Positions 20,800 through 35,372 of a stretch of DNA of 64,000 nucleotides are shown in pieces. Numbering within the stretch: the first letter of the stretch is position 1; each line of letters starts with the position of its first letter. Both the position numbers and the translations under genes were made by a program. Below the pieces are notes generated by a model. That model saw only the letters and a program-made list of their open reading frames with translations, was not told the origin of the DNA and searched no databases. Origin of the DNA: Opitutaceae bacterium (GTDB lineage: Bacteria; Verrucomicrobiota; Verrucomicrobiia; Opitutales; Coraliomargaritaceae); the NCBI GenBank assembly GCA_051252375.1, contig JBPOFY010000004.1, positions 288,001 through 352,000 on the forward strand. Direction: 5' to 3'.

Positions 20800-21555
20800 A
20801 TGTATGCTGGGGTTCAAAAGTTAATCACGCGATTGTGCTACCTCTTCGTGATTCTCGGGATCGTTGCCTACCTACGCAAAGATCGCTTGCCCGACTACAC
20901 CGCGATCGACCCTGCCCTGCGCGAACAACCGACACAGATCCAGTCTGCCGCGCCTGAGTTTCAAATTGAATATAAAGGCAAAAGCTATCGCGTCCGACCG
21001 AAAGCAAACTACACGCTAACGGGATTAATTGTTTCGCAAAATAATCCGACCGGCATCGCCGACATTTACCACGACTCCAAGTCGCTCGACACAAAAGATT
21101 TTTGCGTGATCTGGGGACACAACGTGCGCAGCAATGAATTCAAAGATGTGACCTACTGGAGTGGTGCGTGGACATGTTACTGCCAATGGGATGACCTAGG
21201 CCTACGCTTCTGGACTGAAGAGCTCTCCAATAATCATTTGATTACAGACAGTGATTTAATCCGCCGAAAAATCGCCCGCAGTGGCATCGGCGACCAAATC
21301 CAAATTAAAGGTCAATTAGTCGACTATAAGGAAGTCGGCACTGGTGGCGGTTGGCGCAGTAGCAGCCTCGTGCGAACAGATACCGGCAACGGCGCTTGCG
21401 AAGTGATCTTTGTCAGAGAGCTCAGCATACTGCGCAGCACAAATGCGATATGGCGCAAATTTTTCCTAGTCAGCCTGATCATGCTAGCAACCGCCCTGAT
21501 CTCAAAAGCACTTTTGTTTTTTGCAATTGGCAGCAAGCGCGCACTACCAAACTAG
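20800..21555 (+). CDS. Membrane-anchored hypothetical protein
   Basis: N- and C-terminal hydrophobic helices. Conserved-looking SNNHLI and WRSS..RTDTGNGACE. Starts 1 bp after the hemL stop. Confidence 0.65.
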   Translation: MYAGVQKLITRLCYLFVILGIVAYLRKDRLPDYTAIDPALREQPTQIQSAAPEFQIEYKGKSYRVRPKANYTLTGLIVSQNNPTGIADIYHDSKSLDTKDFCVIWGHNVRSNEFKDVTYWSGAWTCYCQWDDLGLRFWTEELSNNHLITDSDLIRRKIARSGIGDQIQIKGQLVDYKEVGTGGGWRSSSLVRTDTGNGACEVIFVRELSILRSTNAIWRKFFLVSLIMLATALISKALLFFAIGSKRALPN

Positions 21556-21599
21556 AATGGCTTCAGCAAAGTAGTCTATTGGAATAGACTGACCGAGAT

Positions 21600-21680
21600 A
21601 GGTAGCGGCGCTTGTCCCTAAGCGCCATACGTCAGAGTCAGCCCGTATCGAGTGGCGCTTAGGGACAAGCGCCGCTACCT
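21600..21680. repeat. GTAG-type REP doublet (REPIN), 28-bp perfect inverted repeat
   Basis: AGGTAGCGGCGCTTGTCCCTAAGCGCCA (21600-21627) and its exact reverse complement (21653-21680). Each arm is internally palindromic (GGCGCTT..AAGCGCC). Confidence 0.85.
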
Positions 21681-21710
21681 CTGACATTCGCCAAAAAAAC
21701 AAGCGCGCGC

Positions 21711-22343
21711 TTAATCAAACTTACGCGCCGGATTCCCAAAAACTTTTTGACCGTCCGCAACGGAACGAATGACTACCGAACCGGCACCCACAAGCGCATT
21801 CGAACCGACTTTTTTACTCGGCAAAATACGTGCCCCACTCCCGAGCAAAGTCCTTGCACCGATGCTAACATTCCCAGTGACATCACAATGCCCACTGAGC
21901 GACGTGAAATCACCAATCACCACATCGTGCCCGATACTGCTGTGACAATTCACTGCCACAAAATCACCGAGTTCAATATCAGCCGTCAAGACTGCCTGAG
22001 GGCAGATAACAACACCGCGTCCAAGCTTCACATTGAAGCCGACCACGGCTGATGGGTGGATCAAAGTAATGAAATTTGCCGAACGTTCTAAAAGTTTTTC
22101 GCAGACTCGCTGCTTAATAACAGGTGCACCAATCGCACAAACAAAGAGTTCGTCCGCTTGCGGAACATGACCTTCAATCGTGCCAATGATACCAACCGGA
22201 TATTTAAACCGATCCAAGACAGTGGTGTCGTCGTCTAAAAAGCCATGTATCTCCCATGCCTCGCCGCACTCTGGATGCTGCGCAGCCCAAGCATATACTT
22301 CCCTGCCGAAGCCGCCGGCGCCGACGATGATTAATTTTTTCAT
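21711..22343 (-). CDS. PglD/NeuD-family sugar N/O-acyltransferase (hexapeptide repeat)
   Basis: MKKLIIVGAGGFGRE, GFLDD, LIHPSA, SIGHD, VGAGSVV..GNPA. ATG overlaps the SDR stop (ATGA). Confidence 0.88.
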   Translation of the reverse strand: MKKLIIVGAGGFGREVYAWAAQHPECGEAWEIHGFLDDDTTVLDRFKYPVGIIGTIEGHVPQADELFVCAIGAPVIKQRVCEKLLERSANFITLIHPSAVVGFNVKLGRGVVICPQAVLTADIELGDFVAVNCHSSIGHDVVIGDFTSLSGHCDVTGNVSIGARTLLGSGARILPSKKVGSNALVGAGSVVIRSVADGQKVFGNPARKFD

Positions 22344-23053
22344 ATCGAAAACCCTCCGTCCACAGGCAAGGTCACACCGGTGATCCAACGCGAAGCATCT
22401 GAAAGTAAAAAGCTGACTGCACCGACGACATCCTGCGGTCGACCCACCCCTAATGGATAAGCTTTCGCATGTGCCTCCAGCGCATCTGCTGAAGCATTTT
22501 CTGCGAAGCCGTCAGACATATCACTTTCAACCATTCCGGGAGCGATACAGTTCACGCGAATTCCTTTCGGAGCTAACTCCACTGCAAGGCAACGCGCGGA
22601 TGCTTCGAGCGCCGCTTTACTGCCAGAATAAGCCGCGTAACCCGCGGTGCCCTTGCTGGCTGAAACAGAAGAAAGAAAAACAATGGATGCGCCTTTATTG
22701 ATCTTTTTCGCTTTCAATAAATCGCGAACCAACAGGAGCGGGATACATGCATTGACTTGAAAACATGCTTCCAAATCCGCCTCTTTTAAATAGCGAACCG
22801 GTGCAAGCGGCGCCACCCCAGCAGCGAAGACAACACCATCTAACTCAGGTGTGCTGGCGACGAGTGCTTGCCGCCCTTCTTCGGTTGATAAATCGGCAAC
22901 AATTTTTTGCGACGCTCCATCGATCGAAAGTGCATTCAGTTTTTCCGCACTACGCCCGGAGAGCGTCACTTCAAACCCATCTGCAGGCAGATGGCTGGCG
23001 ATGGCACCGCCTATCGAACCGGTTGCGCCAATCACTAAAACAGAACCGCTCAT
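22340..23053 (-). CDS. SDR family oxidoreductase (FabG-like)
   Basis: IGATGSIG, YSGSK, RVNCIAPG, VDGG. Confidence 0.9.
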   Translation of the reverse strand: MSGSVLVIGATGSIGGAIASHLPADGFEVTLSGRSAEKLNALSIDGASQKIVADLSTEEGRQALVASTPELDGVVFAAGVAPLAPVRYLKEADLEACFQVNACIPLLLVRDLLKAKKINKGASIVFLSSVSASKGTAGYAAYSGSKAALEASARCLAVELAPKGIRVNCIAPGMVESDMSDGFAENASADALEAHAKAYPLGVGRPQDVVGAVSFLLSDASRWITGVTLPVDGGFSI

Positions 23054-23286
23054 GAACTCACCTTGGTTTGAACCAGCGCGTAAAGCGCCTCTAAAGTTTC
23101 ACAGCTCTTCAAATCGTCTGCTTTGAGGCGCACTCCGTAATCAGCATCCAGCATTGCGATGACCGTGAGCACGGCAAGCGAGTCCCACGGCTCTAGTTGG
23201 CGATAATTCGTTGCACCATTTAAAGTGCCGGCTTCGACGTCTTCAACCGCTTCTTCAAAGTCTTCAATAAATTGCGTTAAGCTCAT
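23050..23286 (-). CDS. Second, specialised acyl carrier protein
   Basis: WDSL phosphopantetheine motif; 78 aa and acidic. Confidence 0.88.
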   Translation of the reverse strand: MSLTQFIEDFEEAVEDVEAGTLNGATNYRQLEPWDSLAVLTVIAMLDADYGVRLKADDLKSCETLEALYALVQTKVSS

Positions 23287-23344
23287 AGGGGTCAGTTTTG
23301 TAGTTAGACGATGGATACCTTAAATTATGCAGGCGAACAAGTTT

Positions 23345-24424
23345 CTATTCACTCGCCGGAAAGTCGATGATTTCACAAACAGACAAATTCGCTAGATCTA
23401 AAAGAGCACTCGCCCAAGATAGCCCCACACCGAAGCCGGACAATAGCACCCGCTGCGAACCTGCTTGCAAGGCGTCGGGCAGCTCACCGCAAATCGCACA
23501 TGGTATGGATGCGGAGCTTTGATTGCCATAGCGCTCCACTGTCTGCATCGGCACTTTCGCTAGATCGATTTTCAAGCGTTTGGCGATATTCGTCAAAATA
23601 TAGCGATTGGCTTGGTGAAATACAAAATGATCCACTGCCTCAATCTCGATGCCCGCATACTCCAACAGCTCTTGCACTGCACGCGGTTCGACTTGAATCG
23701 AAAAATTAAAAATCTCCGCGCCGTCCATGTAGAGATTTTCTGGAGTGCGGCAATTGCCTCCCTCATCCTCCGTTTCGACTGCCGTCTCCGGAGAGCACGG
23801 CGTGCGTTGACCGCCCGCTGGAACAATTAATTTATCAAATCCGGTGCCATCTGTTTCGAGACTGAACCATGCAGGTGACTCCGCTGCGCTGCGTTCAACC
23901 AAAGTGGCACTGCCACCATCACCGAAAATCGGCGCGACGGCGCGGTCTTTTGGATGCGCCAAACGACTGATCGTATCACCGGCAAGCACCACAACACGCT
24001 CACAACCACCAGCCGAAACCATCATATGTGCCAACCAGAGGCCATAAACATAGCCGGAGCAACCGAGGTTGACGTCAAATGCCGCACAATCCTTACGCAG
24101 CCCCAACTGCCCATGGAGCACGGCCGCGTTGCATGGTTGCGAATAATCAGGCGTCTGGGTCACACAGATCAAAGCATCGACTTGATCAATACCGACAGCG
24201 GACTGTTGAAATAAATGCTGCGCGGCCACGCGGCAAAGGTCTGCGGCGGTCGTGCCTGGATCCGCCACCCGACGACGGTCTAAACCGATCGTCTTTTTCA
24301 AACGCGCAATTTGCTTCTCGTTACCGCCAAAGAGCGCCACCTCGTCGTCGATACATTTCTCGGTCGAGGGCACGCAGGTGACAAGACCACTGATTTTTAC
24401 CTGATTAAAACTGCACTTGGGCAT
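23345..24424 (-). CDS. Ketoacyl-ACP synthase III-like (FabH family)
   Basis: Cys-His-Asn triad: NLGCSG, FHQAN, YGNQS. Also FGDGGSA and GFGVGLSW. Confidence 0.92.
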   Translation of the reverse strand: MPKCSFNQVKISGLVTCVPSTEKCIDDEVALFGGNEKQIARLKKTIGLDRRRVADPGTTAADLCRVAAQHLFQQSAVGIDQVDALICVTQTPDYSQPCNAAVLHGQLGLRKDCAAFDVNLGCSGYVYGLWLAHMMVSAGGCERVVVLAGDTISRLAHPKDRAVAPIFGDGGSATLVERSAAESPAWFSLETDGTGFDKLIVPAGGQRTPCSPETAVETEDEGGNCRTPENLYMDGAEIFNFSIQVEPRAVQELLEYAGIEIEAVDHFVFHQANRYILTNIAKRLKIDLAKVPMQTVERYGNQSSASIPCAICGELPDALQAGSQRVLLSGFGVGLSWASALLDLANLSVCEIIDFPASE

Positions 24425-24620
24425 TCGGAGAGGATGGGTGGCGTATCGACCAAGTGAAAGCTCATTTTTCAGCCGATTCGAAGTGCATCAAGAATGCAAC
24501 AAAGACATTGCACCTTCAGAAAAGCTTCCCTTAGATGTGACCAATTATTTACTTCTTCTTAACGGAGGTTAGTAAATAAAACTCACGCTTCACTTACTAA
24601 CCCTTAAGAAAGGACACAAT

Positions 24621-25076
24621 TTGGACCTAAAAGTAATTAAACAGGTAGTCGATCTGATGAAACGCTCGGAGCTCTCTGAGTTCGAAATCGAAGAAGAAGG
24701 CTTCAAGCTACGCCTCAGCCGTAAAAACGGCGAAGCGCCACAAGTTATTCATGCAGCACCCGTTGCCGCAGCGCCAGCCGCAGCAGCTCCTGCCGCCGCC
24801 CCTGCTGCTGCAGCAGCTCCAGTGGACGAAACAGGTATCGAGGTCGTCAAATCCCCGATGGTCGGCACTTTCTACAGTGCAGGATCACCTGAGAGCCCTG
24901 CATTCGCCAAAATCGGCGACAAGATAGGCGCGGACAGCATCGTTTGTATCATCGAAGCAATGAAGGTGATGAACGAGATCCAAGCTGAGATCAGCGGCAC
25001 CATCACTGAAGTGCTCATCGAGAATGGTGAAGCGGTCGAATACGGCCAGCCACTTTTCAAAGTTAAAACTGCATAG
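24621..25076 (+). CDS. accB: Acetyl-CoA carboxylase biotin carboxyl carrier protein
   Basis: Ala/Pro linker, [24 protein letters not shown] before the TTG start. Confidence 0.96.
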   Translation: MDLKVIKQVVDLMKRSELSEFEIEEEGFKLRLSRKNGEAPQVIHAAPVAAAPAAAAPAAAPAAAAAPVDETGIEVVKSPMVGTFYSAGSPESPAFAKIGDKIGADSIVCIIEAMKVMNEIQAEISGTITEVLIENGEAVEYGQPLFKVKTA

Positions 25077-25083
25077 TTTTTGA

Positions 25084-26448
25084 ATGATTAAAAAAGTTCT
25101 TATCGCCAATCGGGGCGAAATCGCGCTCCGAATCGTCCGCGCTTGTAACGAGCTTGGGATCAAAACGCTCGCCGTTTACTCCGAGGCCGACGAGCAGTCC
25201 CTACACGTTCAACTCGCAGACGAAGCGATTTGCATTGGGCCACCTGCAAGTAACTTGAGTTATTTAAAGTCCGACCGCATCATCGCTGCCGCTGAAATAG
25301 CGAATGTCGATGCGATCCACCCGGGCTACGGTTTCCTTGCGGAGAACGCAGACTTCGCCGAACAGTGCGCGAAGTGCAACATCAAGTTTATCGGTCCCGG
25401 TCCTGAAGCGATCATCAACTTCGGCGATAAAGCGAAAGCGCGCGATATGGCGGTCAAAGCCAAGGTGCCTGTTATACCTGGCAGTGATGGCACAGTCGAC
25501 AGCGAGAAGGAAGCCCTCGCGGTGGCTAAAAAGATCGGATATCCTGTCATTATCAAGGCCGTCGCCGGTGGTGGCGGTAAGGGAATGCGCACAGCCCACA
25601 ACGCAGTCACATTCGTCAAAGAGTATAACAACGCTCGCAATGAAGCCGAAAAGGCTTTCGGCAACGGCGCAGTATACCTCGAACGCTTCTTGGACGCTCC
25701 TCGACATATTGAAATTCAGCTCTTAGGCGACCAATTCGGCAATGTCATCCACCTCGGTGAGCGCGATTGCTCGATCCAGCGTCGCCACCAGAAGGTCATT
25801 GAAGAAGCCCCCTCCCCATTCATTTCAGACGACATTCGTAAGAAAATGGGCCGCGATGCAGTGAAACTCGCGAAATCCGTCAATTACGAAGGCGCCGGCA
25901 CGGTCGAGTTCCTCGTAGATGGTAAAGGTGAGTATTTCTTTATCGAGATGAATACCCGTATCCAAGTGGAGCACGGCGTCACTGAAGAAGTGACAGGTGT
26001 TGATTTAGTGAAGGAACAACTCCTCATCGCCAGCGGTCAGAAGTTGAGCTATGAGCAAAAGGACATCAAAATCACCAAACACTGCATCGAATGCCGCGTT
26101 TGCGCCGAGGATCCAGGTCGCAATTTTGCCCCCTGCCCCGGTGAAATCACACTTTACTATGCTCCTGGTGGCCACGGAGTGCGTATCGACTCGCACTGCT
26201 ACGGTGGCTACACCATCCCACCTTACTACGATAGCATGATCGCAAAGGTCATGACATTCGGCAAAACGCGCGAACTCGCTCTAGACCGCATGGATCGTGC
26301 ACTCGGCGAATACATCATCCGAGGGATCAAAACAAATATTCCGTTCTCACGGGCAATCATCCGCGACCCAATTTTCCGCGAAGGTAAAGCCACAACGAAA
26401 TACATCGAAGAGTTTATCGAACGCGTCCCTAAAGACCTATACACTTAA
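25084..26448 (+). CDS. accC: Biotin carboxylase
   Basis: [47 protein letters not shown]. Confidence 0.97.
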   Translation: MIKKVLIANRGEIALRIVRACNELGIKTLAVYSEADEQSLHVQLADEAICIGPPASNLSYLKSDRIIAAAEIANVDAIHPGYGFLAENADFAEQCAKCNIKFIGPGPEAIINFGDKAKARDMAVKAKVPVIPGSDGTVDSEKEALAVAKKIGYPVIIKAVAGGGGKGMRTAHNAVTFVKEYNNARNEAEKAFGNGAVYLERFLDAPRHIEIQLLGDQFGNVIHLGERDCSIQRRHQKVIEEAPSPFISDDIRKKMGRDAVKLAKSVNYEGAGTVEFLVDGKGEYFFIEMNTRIQVEHGVTEEVTGVDLVKEQLLIASGQKLSYEQKDIKITKHCIECRVCAEDPGRNFAPCPGEITLYYAPGGHGVRIDSHCYGGYTIPPYYDSMIAKVMTFGKTRELALDRMDRALGEYIIRGIKTNIPFSRAIIRDPIFREGKATTKYIEEFIERVPKDLYT

Positions 26449-26476
26449 AAAGCATTCAACCCGTATCCAACAGACC

Positions 26477-26917
26477 ATGAGTAATTCATCTGAAAACAAC
26501 GAGTCCACGATCCCTACAGTATCTGAGGATTCCAACACACTTGGCGAAATCCGCATCAACCATAGCGTTGTCGCAAATATCGTGCGCCTCGCCGCACTCG
26601 AAGTCACTGGTGTCGTCGCTGTCGGCGGCGGCTTCGTTGACGGTATCGCAGACATCTTCAAATCGAAAAAGGGCGACGAACGTGGCGTCCGCGTCGATGA
26701 AGACGAAGTCGGTGATTACCAAATCGAAATCCGTGTAATTCTACGCTTTGGCGTCGAACTGGCCGCAGTCGCCACAGACATTCAGCAACGTATCTCCGAA
26801 CAGGTTGAAAAAATGACCAGCAAGAATGTCGCTCGCGTCAATGTTGTGATCGACGGTGTCCGCTCAGAAGAAGAGCAAGCTAAAGAAGATTGGGATCACC
26901 AACCACACACCGACTAG
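26477..26917 (+). CDS. Asp23/Gls24 (YqhY-like) family protein
   Basis: [53 protein letters not shown]. Confidence 0.88.
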   Translation: MSNSSENNESTIPTVSEDSNTLGEIRINHSVVANIVRLAALEVTGVVAVGGGFVDGIADIFKSKKGDERGVRVDEDEVGDYQIEIRVILRFGVELAAVATDIQQRISEQVEKMTSKNVARVNVVIDGVRSEEEQAKEDWDHQPHTD

Positions 26918-26946
26918 TCGGCTCCTTCTTTACACACTAAAACACT

Positions 26947-27477
26947 ATGGACTTCGCCGAAATCACTGAGGCACTACAGCACCTCACACAGCCCGCCTAT
27001 CTATATATTGGCGGCGGCGTAGTCGTATGCGCATTTCTGCTGATACTTCTGGTGCGACGCCAGCCCAAGAAAGTCGTCGCTTACGTGACGGAGAATGGGC
27101 GTGTTATGGTCAGTCGCTCGGCCATCATCGAGCTGGTGCAAACTTCTTGCCAGCAACTCAATGATGTCTCCAAGCCACATGTCAGCATACAGGTAAAAGG
27201 TAAAGTCACTCACCTGGACGTCTCCATCAAACTCCTCAGCGGAGGGCGTTTGCGCTCAGTCGAGGAAACCTTGCAGACTCACTTACGCCACGCGCTGACT
27301 GAAAACCTTGGTATCGAAAACCTCGGACGTATCAACATCGTCGCCACCGGCTTCAAAAGTGGTCGCATCGAACAATCCAGCACTGTCAACCGCCCAGCCG
27401 ACCCGACACAGGATTCTTTTGACGACGACGACGATTTCGAAACATCCGAAGATTCGGCAGAAAGCAAATCACTCTAA
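26947..27477 (+). CDS. AmaP-like membrane anchor with Asp23-like domain
   Basis: N-terminal TM helix, then TENGRVMVSRSAIIELV..LQTHLRHALTENLGI..INIV. Follows the Asp23 gene. Confidence 0.65.
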   Translation: MDFAEITEALQHLTQPAYLYIGGGVVVCAFLLILLVRRQPKKVVAYVTENGRVMVSRSAIIELVQTSCQQLNDVSKPHVSIQVKGKVTHLDVSIKLLSGGRLRSVEETLQTHLRHALTENLGIENLGRINIVATGFKSGRIEQSSTVNRPADPTQDSFDDDDDFETSEDSAESKSL

Positions 27478-27527
27478 CGAGCAAAGAACGTTTTCAATTA
27501 TCACGACCCCACCGCTGACGAAACGGT

Positions 27528-28013
27528 GTGTCCAATACAATGGAACAAGCATTCTCCATTTTACGACGGCTATCTCAGGTAGCCGTTTTTATTTTCTCAG
27601 CCTTCTTGCTCACGACCTCAGCTTGCAGCCGGTTCGAAATATCGGAAGAAGGTTTAGACACATTCGCAGCCGAGTTCCGCCAAGCGAATCAAGCCAGCAC
27701 TGTAGATCCCCTCCTCGCGCTCTATGAACTCGAAGGCTGTGACGATCGCACGCTATCCATGCTCAAAGCGGCTTTGCTCTACGAGCTCGGCCTCCCAATT
27801 AAGCGCATCACCTTCGAACCGCTGTCAGGGGCACCTGAGGAAGCGATTGATTACGAGCATGATGGAGTTCGCTATGGCCCCAGTCTCACACCCAGTCAGC
27901 GGATGCGTGTCGAGTATGCAGTGGAAGATCAGTTCACCAGCCTGTTTAGCATAGGGCAAACGAACGACGGCACCTGGCGCATAGTCAGCGCACGCCCGGT
28001 CTCCAAGCAGTAG
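27528..28013 (+). CDS. Putative lipoprotein
   Basis: Hydrophobic stretch ending in a lipobox-like TSAC. Start uncertain (GTG 27528 or ATG 27540). Confidence 0.55.
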   Translation: MSNTMEQAFSILRRLSQVAVFIFSAFLLTTSACSRFEISEEGLDTFAAEFRQANQASTVDPLLALYELEGCDDRTLSMLKAALLYELGLPIKRITFEPLSGAPEEAIDYEHDGVRYGPSLTPSQRMRVEYAVEDQFTSLFSIGQTNDGTWRIVSARPVSKQ

Positions 28014-28096
28014 ATATTACGCTTTAATCGCCGCAAAAGCACCCCTTTGCCACTCGCTGAGTTGACATCGCCTCAAAATCCCAACAAGTAGCGGGT

Positions 28097-28432
28097 ATGA
28101 AGATTATTGCATATCTAAAACCTACCTGCGGATGGAGCATGGGCGTTCGCGCTATCATGAAGAAATACGGCCTCGAATACGAAGACCGTGATATCATTAA
28201 TAATCCCGATCAATATGCGGAAATGGTCGAGAAATCGGGCCAACCACTCTCCCCATGTGTCGAAATCGACGGCACTATGCTGGCCGATGTCAGCGGCGAA
28301 GAAGTGGAGAACTACATGCTCAGCAACGAGTTAGTCTCCTCGACTGCTAAAGAAGCCGATGCGCCGACTAATGCACCTTGCACAGACGAAGAGCACGAAG
28401 CCATGCGCTCGAAGACAGTGCGCTTCTTCTAG
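28097..28432 (+). CDS. Glutaredoxin-like protein (CxxS)
   Basis: YLKPTCGWS, YEDRDI, SGQPLSPCVEIDG. Confidence 0.85.
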   Translation: MKIIAYLKPTCGWSMGVRAIMKKYGLEYEDRDIINNPDQYAEMVEKSGQPLSPCVEIDGTMLADVSGEEVENYMLSNELVSSTAKEADAPTNAPCTDEEHEAMRSKTVRFF

Positions 28433-28464
28433 GAAAGCCTGACAGCGCGTCATGCGTTTACATC

Positions 28465-28490
28465 AAAACCGGGCATGTCCCGGTTTTTTT
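28465..28490 (+). terminator. Rho-independent terminator after glutaredoxin
   Basis: AAAACCGGG-catgt-CCCGGTTTTTTT. Confidence 0.8.
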
Positions 28491-28685
28491 GGCCTCAAGT
28501 CTGCTACAAAAAAGAGGCGCAAGTTGAAACACTTGCGCGTATAAGGGTTATTTTCTCTAGACAGTGCCCCAGCAATTATTACTTTCCACCTTCCTTTTTA
28601 TATCTGCGATCCATCAACTTAGCGCTTCGAGCGCCTGTAATCGCGATAAATAAGCCACTTTTAACCGAATCATTTAATACAAGAT

Positions 28686-33332
<4,647 letters not shown>

Positions 33333-33334
33333 AA

Positions 33335-33369
33335 AGGAGTTAGGATTTAGAAGCTAGAAGTCAGAAGCA
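33335..33369 (+). repeat. Five tandem 7-bp repeats (left array)
   Basis: AGGAGTT AGGATTT AGAAGCT AGAAGTC AGAAGCA, ending immediately before ATG 33370. Confidence 0.9.
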
Positions 33370-33741
33370 ATGGAAACAAACCCGACGACATCTAGCTTCG
33401 AACAACTCCTTGTTTGGCAAAAAGCACATCAATTCGTATTAGACACTTATCAAATGACACAACAATTCCCAGATTGCGAAAAGTTCGGACTGACATCTCA
33501 GTTCCGACGTGCCGCAGTGTCCATCCCGGCCAATATTGCCGAAGGATATGGGAAACGTTCGTCTGCAGATAAAGCACGCTTCTTTAACATAGCGCAGGGT
33601 TCATTAAATGAATGCCGCTATTACCTCCGACTCGCAGCCGACCTCGGTTACGCAAAAACAGAAACACACTTCAAACAAATCGACGAAATTGGACGTATGT
33701 TAAACAGCTACTCGCAAAAGGTCTTGGCCTCATCCTGCTAG
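33370..33741 (+). CDS. Four-helix bundle protein (23S rRNA IVP / Avd-like)
   Basis: [49 protein letters not shown]. Confidence 0.93.
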   Translation: METNPTTSSFEQLLVWQKAHQFVLDTYQMTQQFPDCEKFGLTSQFRRAAVSIPANIAEGYGKRSSADKARFFNIAQGSLNECRYYLRLAADLGYAKTETHFKQIDEIGRMLNSYSQKVLASSC

Positions 33742-33774
33742 CTTCTAACTACTGTCTCCTAACTTCTAACTTCT
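33740..33774 (-). repeat. Five tandem 7-bp repeats (right array, inverted)
   Basis: Plus strand AGCTTCT AACTACT GTCTCCT AACTTCT AACTTCT, the reverse complement of the AGAAGYT unit. Confidence 0.9.
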
Positions 33775-33782
33775 TTTTTATT

Positions 33783-35270
33783 ATGGGCAAACCAACTGGA
33801 TTTATGGAATTCGAGCGTAAGACGATTGCAAATCGTCCGCCACTCGAACGCGTCAAGGACTGGAACGAAATTCACGAGCACTTCGACGAAGAAAAAGTGC
33901 GCACTCAAGGCTCACGTTGCATGGACTGCGGCACACCTTATTGCCACACAGGCATGACTCTCGCCAACATGGCGAGCGGTTGCCCCGTCAACAATCTGAT
34001 CCCCGAGTTCAACGACCTCGTTTATCGTGGCAAGTGGAAGGATGCTTACCAGCGTCTCTCCAAGACCAACAACTTCCCAGAGTTCACTGGCCGCGTCTGC
34101 CCCGCTCCTTGTGAAGGCTCTTGCGTGCTAGGTATCATCGAGCCGGCCGTGACCATTAAGGACATCGAGTGCTCCATCATCGACAAGGCTTGGGCCGAAG
34201 GTTGGGTGACACCAGAAGCTCCCGCTGAGCGCACTGGCAAGAAGATAGCCGTTGTCGGTTCCGGACCTGCGGGTCTCGCAGCTGCCGATCAGCTCAACAA
34301 AGCTGGCCACCTCGTCACTCTCTTCGAACGCGCAGACCGCCCAGGTGGTCTCCTCATGTATGGTATCCCCAACATGAAGCTTGAGAAGCAAGTCGTCACA
34401 CGTCGCGTCAAGTTGATGGAAGACGAAGGCGTCATCCTCAAGTGTGGCGTCGAAATCGGCGTAGACATTTCCTCTAAGCAACTCATGGAAGACTTCGACT
34501 CTGTCGTGCTTTGCTGTGGTGCCACGAAGCCACGTGACCTTCCAATCGAAGGCCGCGAGCTCAACAACATCCGTTACGCAATGGAGTTCCTCGGACCCAA
34601 CACCAAGGAGCTTTGGGACGTCAAGGATGGCAAGTCCGAGCAGTTCAGCGAACTCGCTAAGGGCAAGAACGTCGTGATCATCGGCGGTGGCGACACCGGC
34701 ACCGACTGCGTAGGCACTTCCCTCCGCCACGGTTGCAAGAGCGTCGTGCAACTTGAGATCATGCCAAAGCCTCCAACCGAGCGCGCAGCGAACAACCCAT
34801 GGCCAGAATGGCCAAAGACTTACAAGATGGACTACGGCCAAGAAGAAGCCGAAGCGATTCAAGGTGAAGACCCACGTCAATACCTAGTCAGCTCCAGCCG
34901 CTTCGCAGGCGATGCCGATGGCAACGTCAAATCAGTGCACATCCATAACATCGAATGGACCAACGACAACGGCCGCTTCATCCCGAAGAAGGTCGAAGGC
35001 AGCGAGCGCGTGCTCGAAGCTGAGCTCGTCCTCCTCGCGATGGGATTCCTCGGACCAGAAGCCACCATCGCTGAAGAACTTGGGCTCGACCTAGATGCTC
35101 GCTCCAACGTGCAAGCTGAATACGGCAAGTTCAAGACCAGCGTCGACGGTGTATTCGCTGCTGGTGACATGCGCCGCGGACAGTCCCTCATCGTGTGGGC
35201 GATCAACGAAGGTCGTGCCGTCGCCCGCGAGTGCGATAAGTTCCTCATGGGAACCACCAAGCTTCCGTAA
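33783..35270 (+). CDS. gltD: Glutamate synthase small subunit
   Basis: [53 protein letters not shown]. Start set at ATG 33783. Confidence 0.97.
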   Translation: MGKPTGFMEFERKTIANRPPLERVKDWNEIHEHFDEEKVRTQGSRCMDCGTPYCHTGMTLANMASGCPVNNLIPEFNDLVYRGKWKDAYQRLSKTNNFPEFTGRVCPAPCEGSCVLGIIEPAVTIKDIECSIIDKAWAEGWVTPEAPAERTGKKIAVVGSGPAGLAAADQLNKAGHLVTLFERADRPGGLLMYGIPNMKLEKQVVTRRVKLMEDEGVILKCGVEIGVDISSKQLMEDFDSVVLCCGATKPRDLPIEGRELNNIRYAMEFLGPNTKELWDVKDGKSEQFSELAKGKNVVIIGGGDTGTDCVGTSLRHGCKSVVQLEIMPKPPTERAANNPWPEWPKTYKMDYGQEEAEAIQGEDPRQYLVSSSRFAGDADGNVKSVHIHNIEWTNDNGRFIPKKVEGSERVLEAELVLLAMGFLGPEATIAEELGLDLDARSNVQAEYGKFKTSVDGVFAAGDMRRGQSLIVWAINEGRAVARECDKFLMGTTKLP

Positions 35271-35272
35271 AA

Positions 35273-35300
35273 AGGAGCTAGAAGTTGGGAGTTAGAAGCT
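35273..35300 (+). repeat. Solo array of four 7-bp repeats
   Basis: AGGAGCT AGAAGTT GGGAGTT AGAAGCT right after the gltD stop. Confidence 0.85.
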
Positions 35301-35319
35301 CTGATACCATAAGTTTTTC

Positions 35320-35352
35320 AAAAGCCGCATCGATAAACGATGCGGCTTTTTT
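35320..35352. terminator. Bidirectional Rho-independent terminator
   Basis: AAAAGCCGCATCG-ataaa-CGATGCGGCTTTTTT between convergent genes. Confidence 0.88.
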
Positions 35353-35372
35353 ATGGTTACCAGTATTACGGA

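Noticed and set aside
26297..26476. Upstream extensions of Asp23 (also purU 42203, carB 39007, acyltransferase 22388, TPR 38951)
   Set aside because: They overlap neighbouring genes or promoters; internal ATGs match family starts.
33370..33741. Diversity-generating retroelement suggested by the Avd-like fold
   Set aside because: No reverse transcriptase and no TR/VR pair seen in the window.
33612..33782. 57-aa N-terminal extension of gltD through the four-helix gene and repeats
   Set aside because: GltD homologs begin MGKPTGF at 33783; the extension is translated repeat sequence ([13 protein letters not shown]).
33335..35300. CRISPR interpretation of the repeat arrays
   Set aside because: Units are 7 bp, directly tandem, with no spacers or cas genes.
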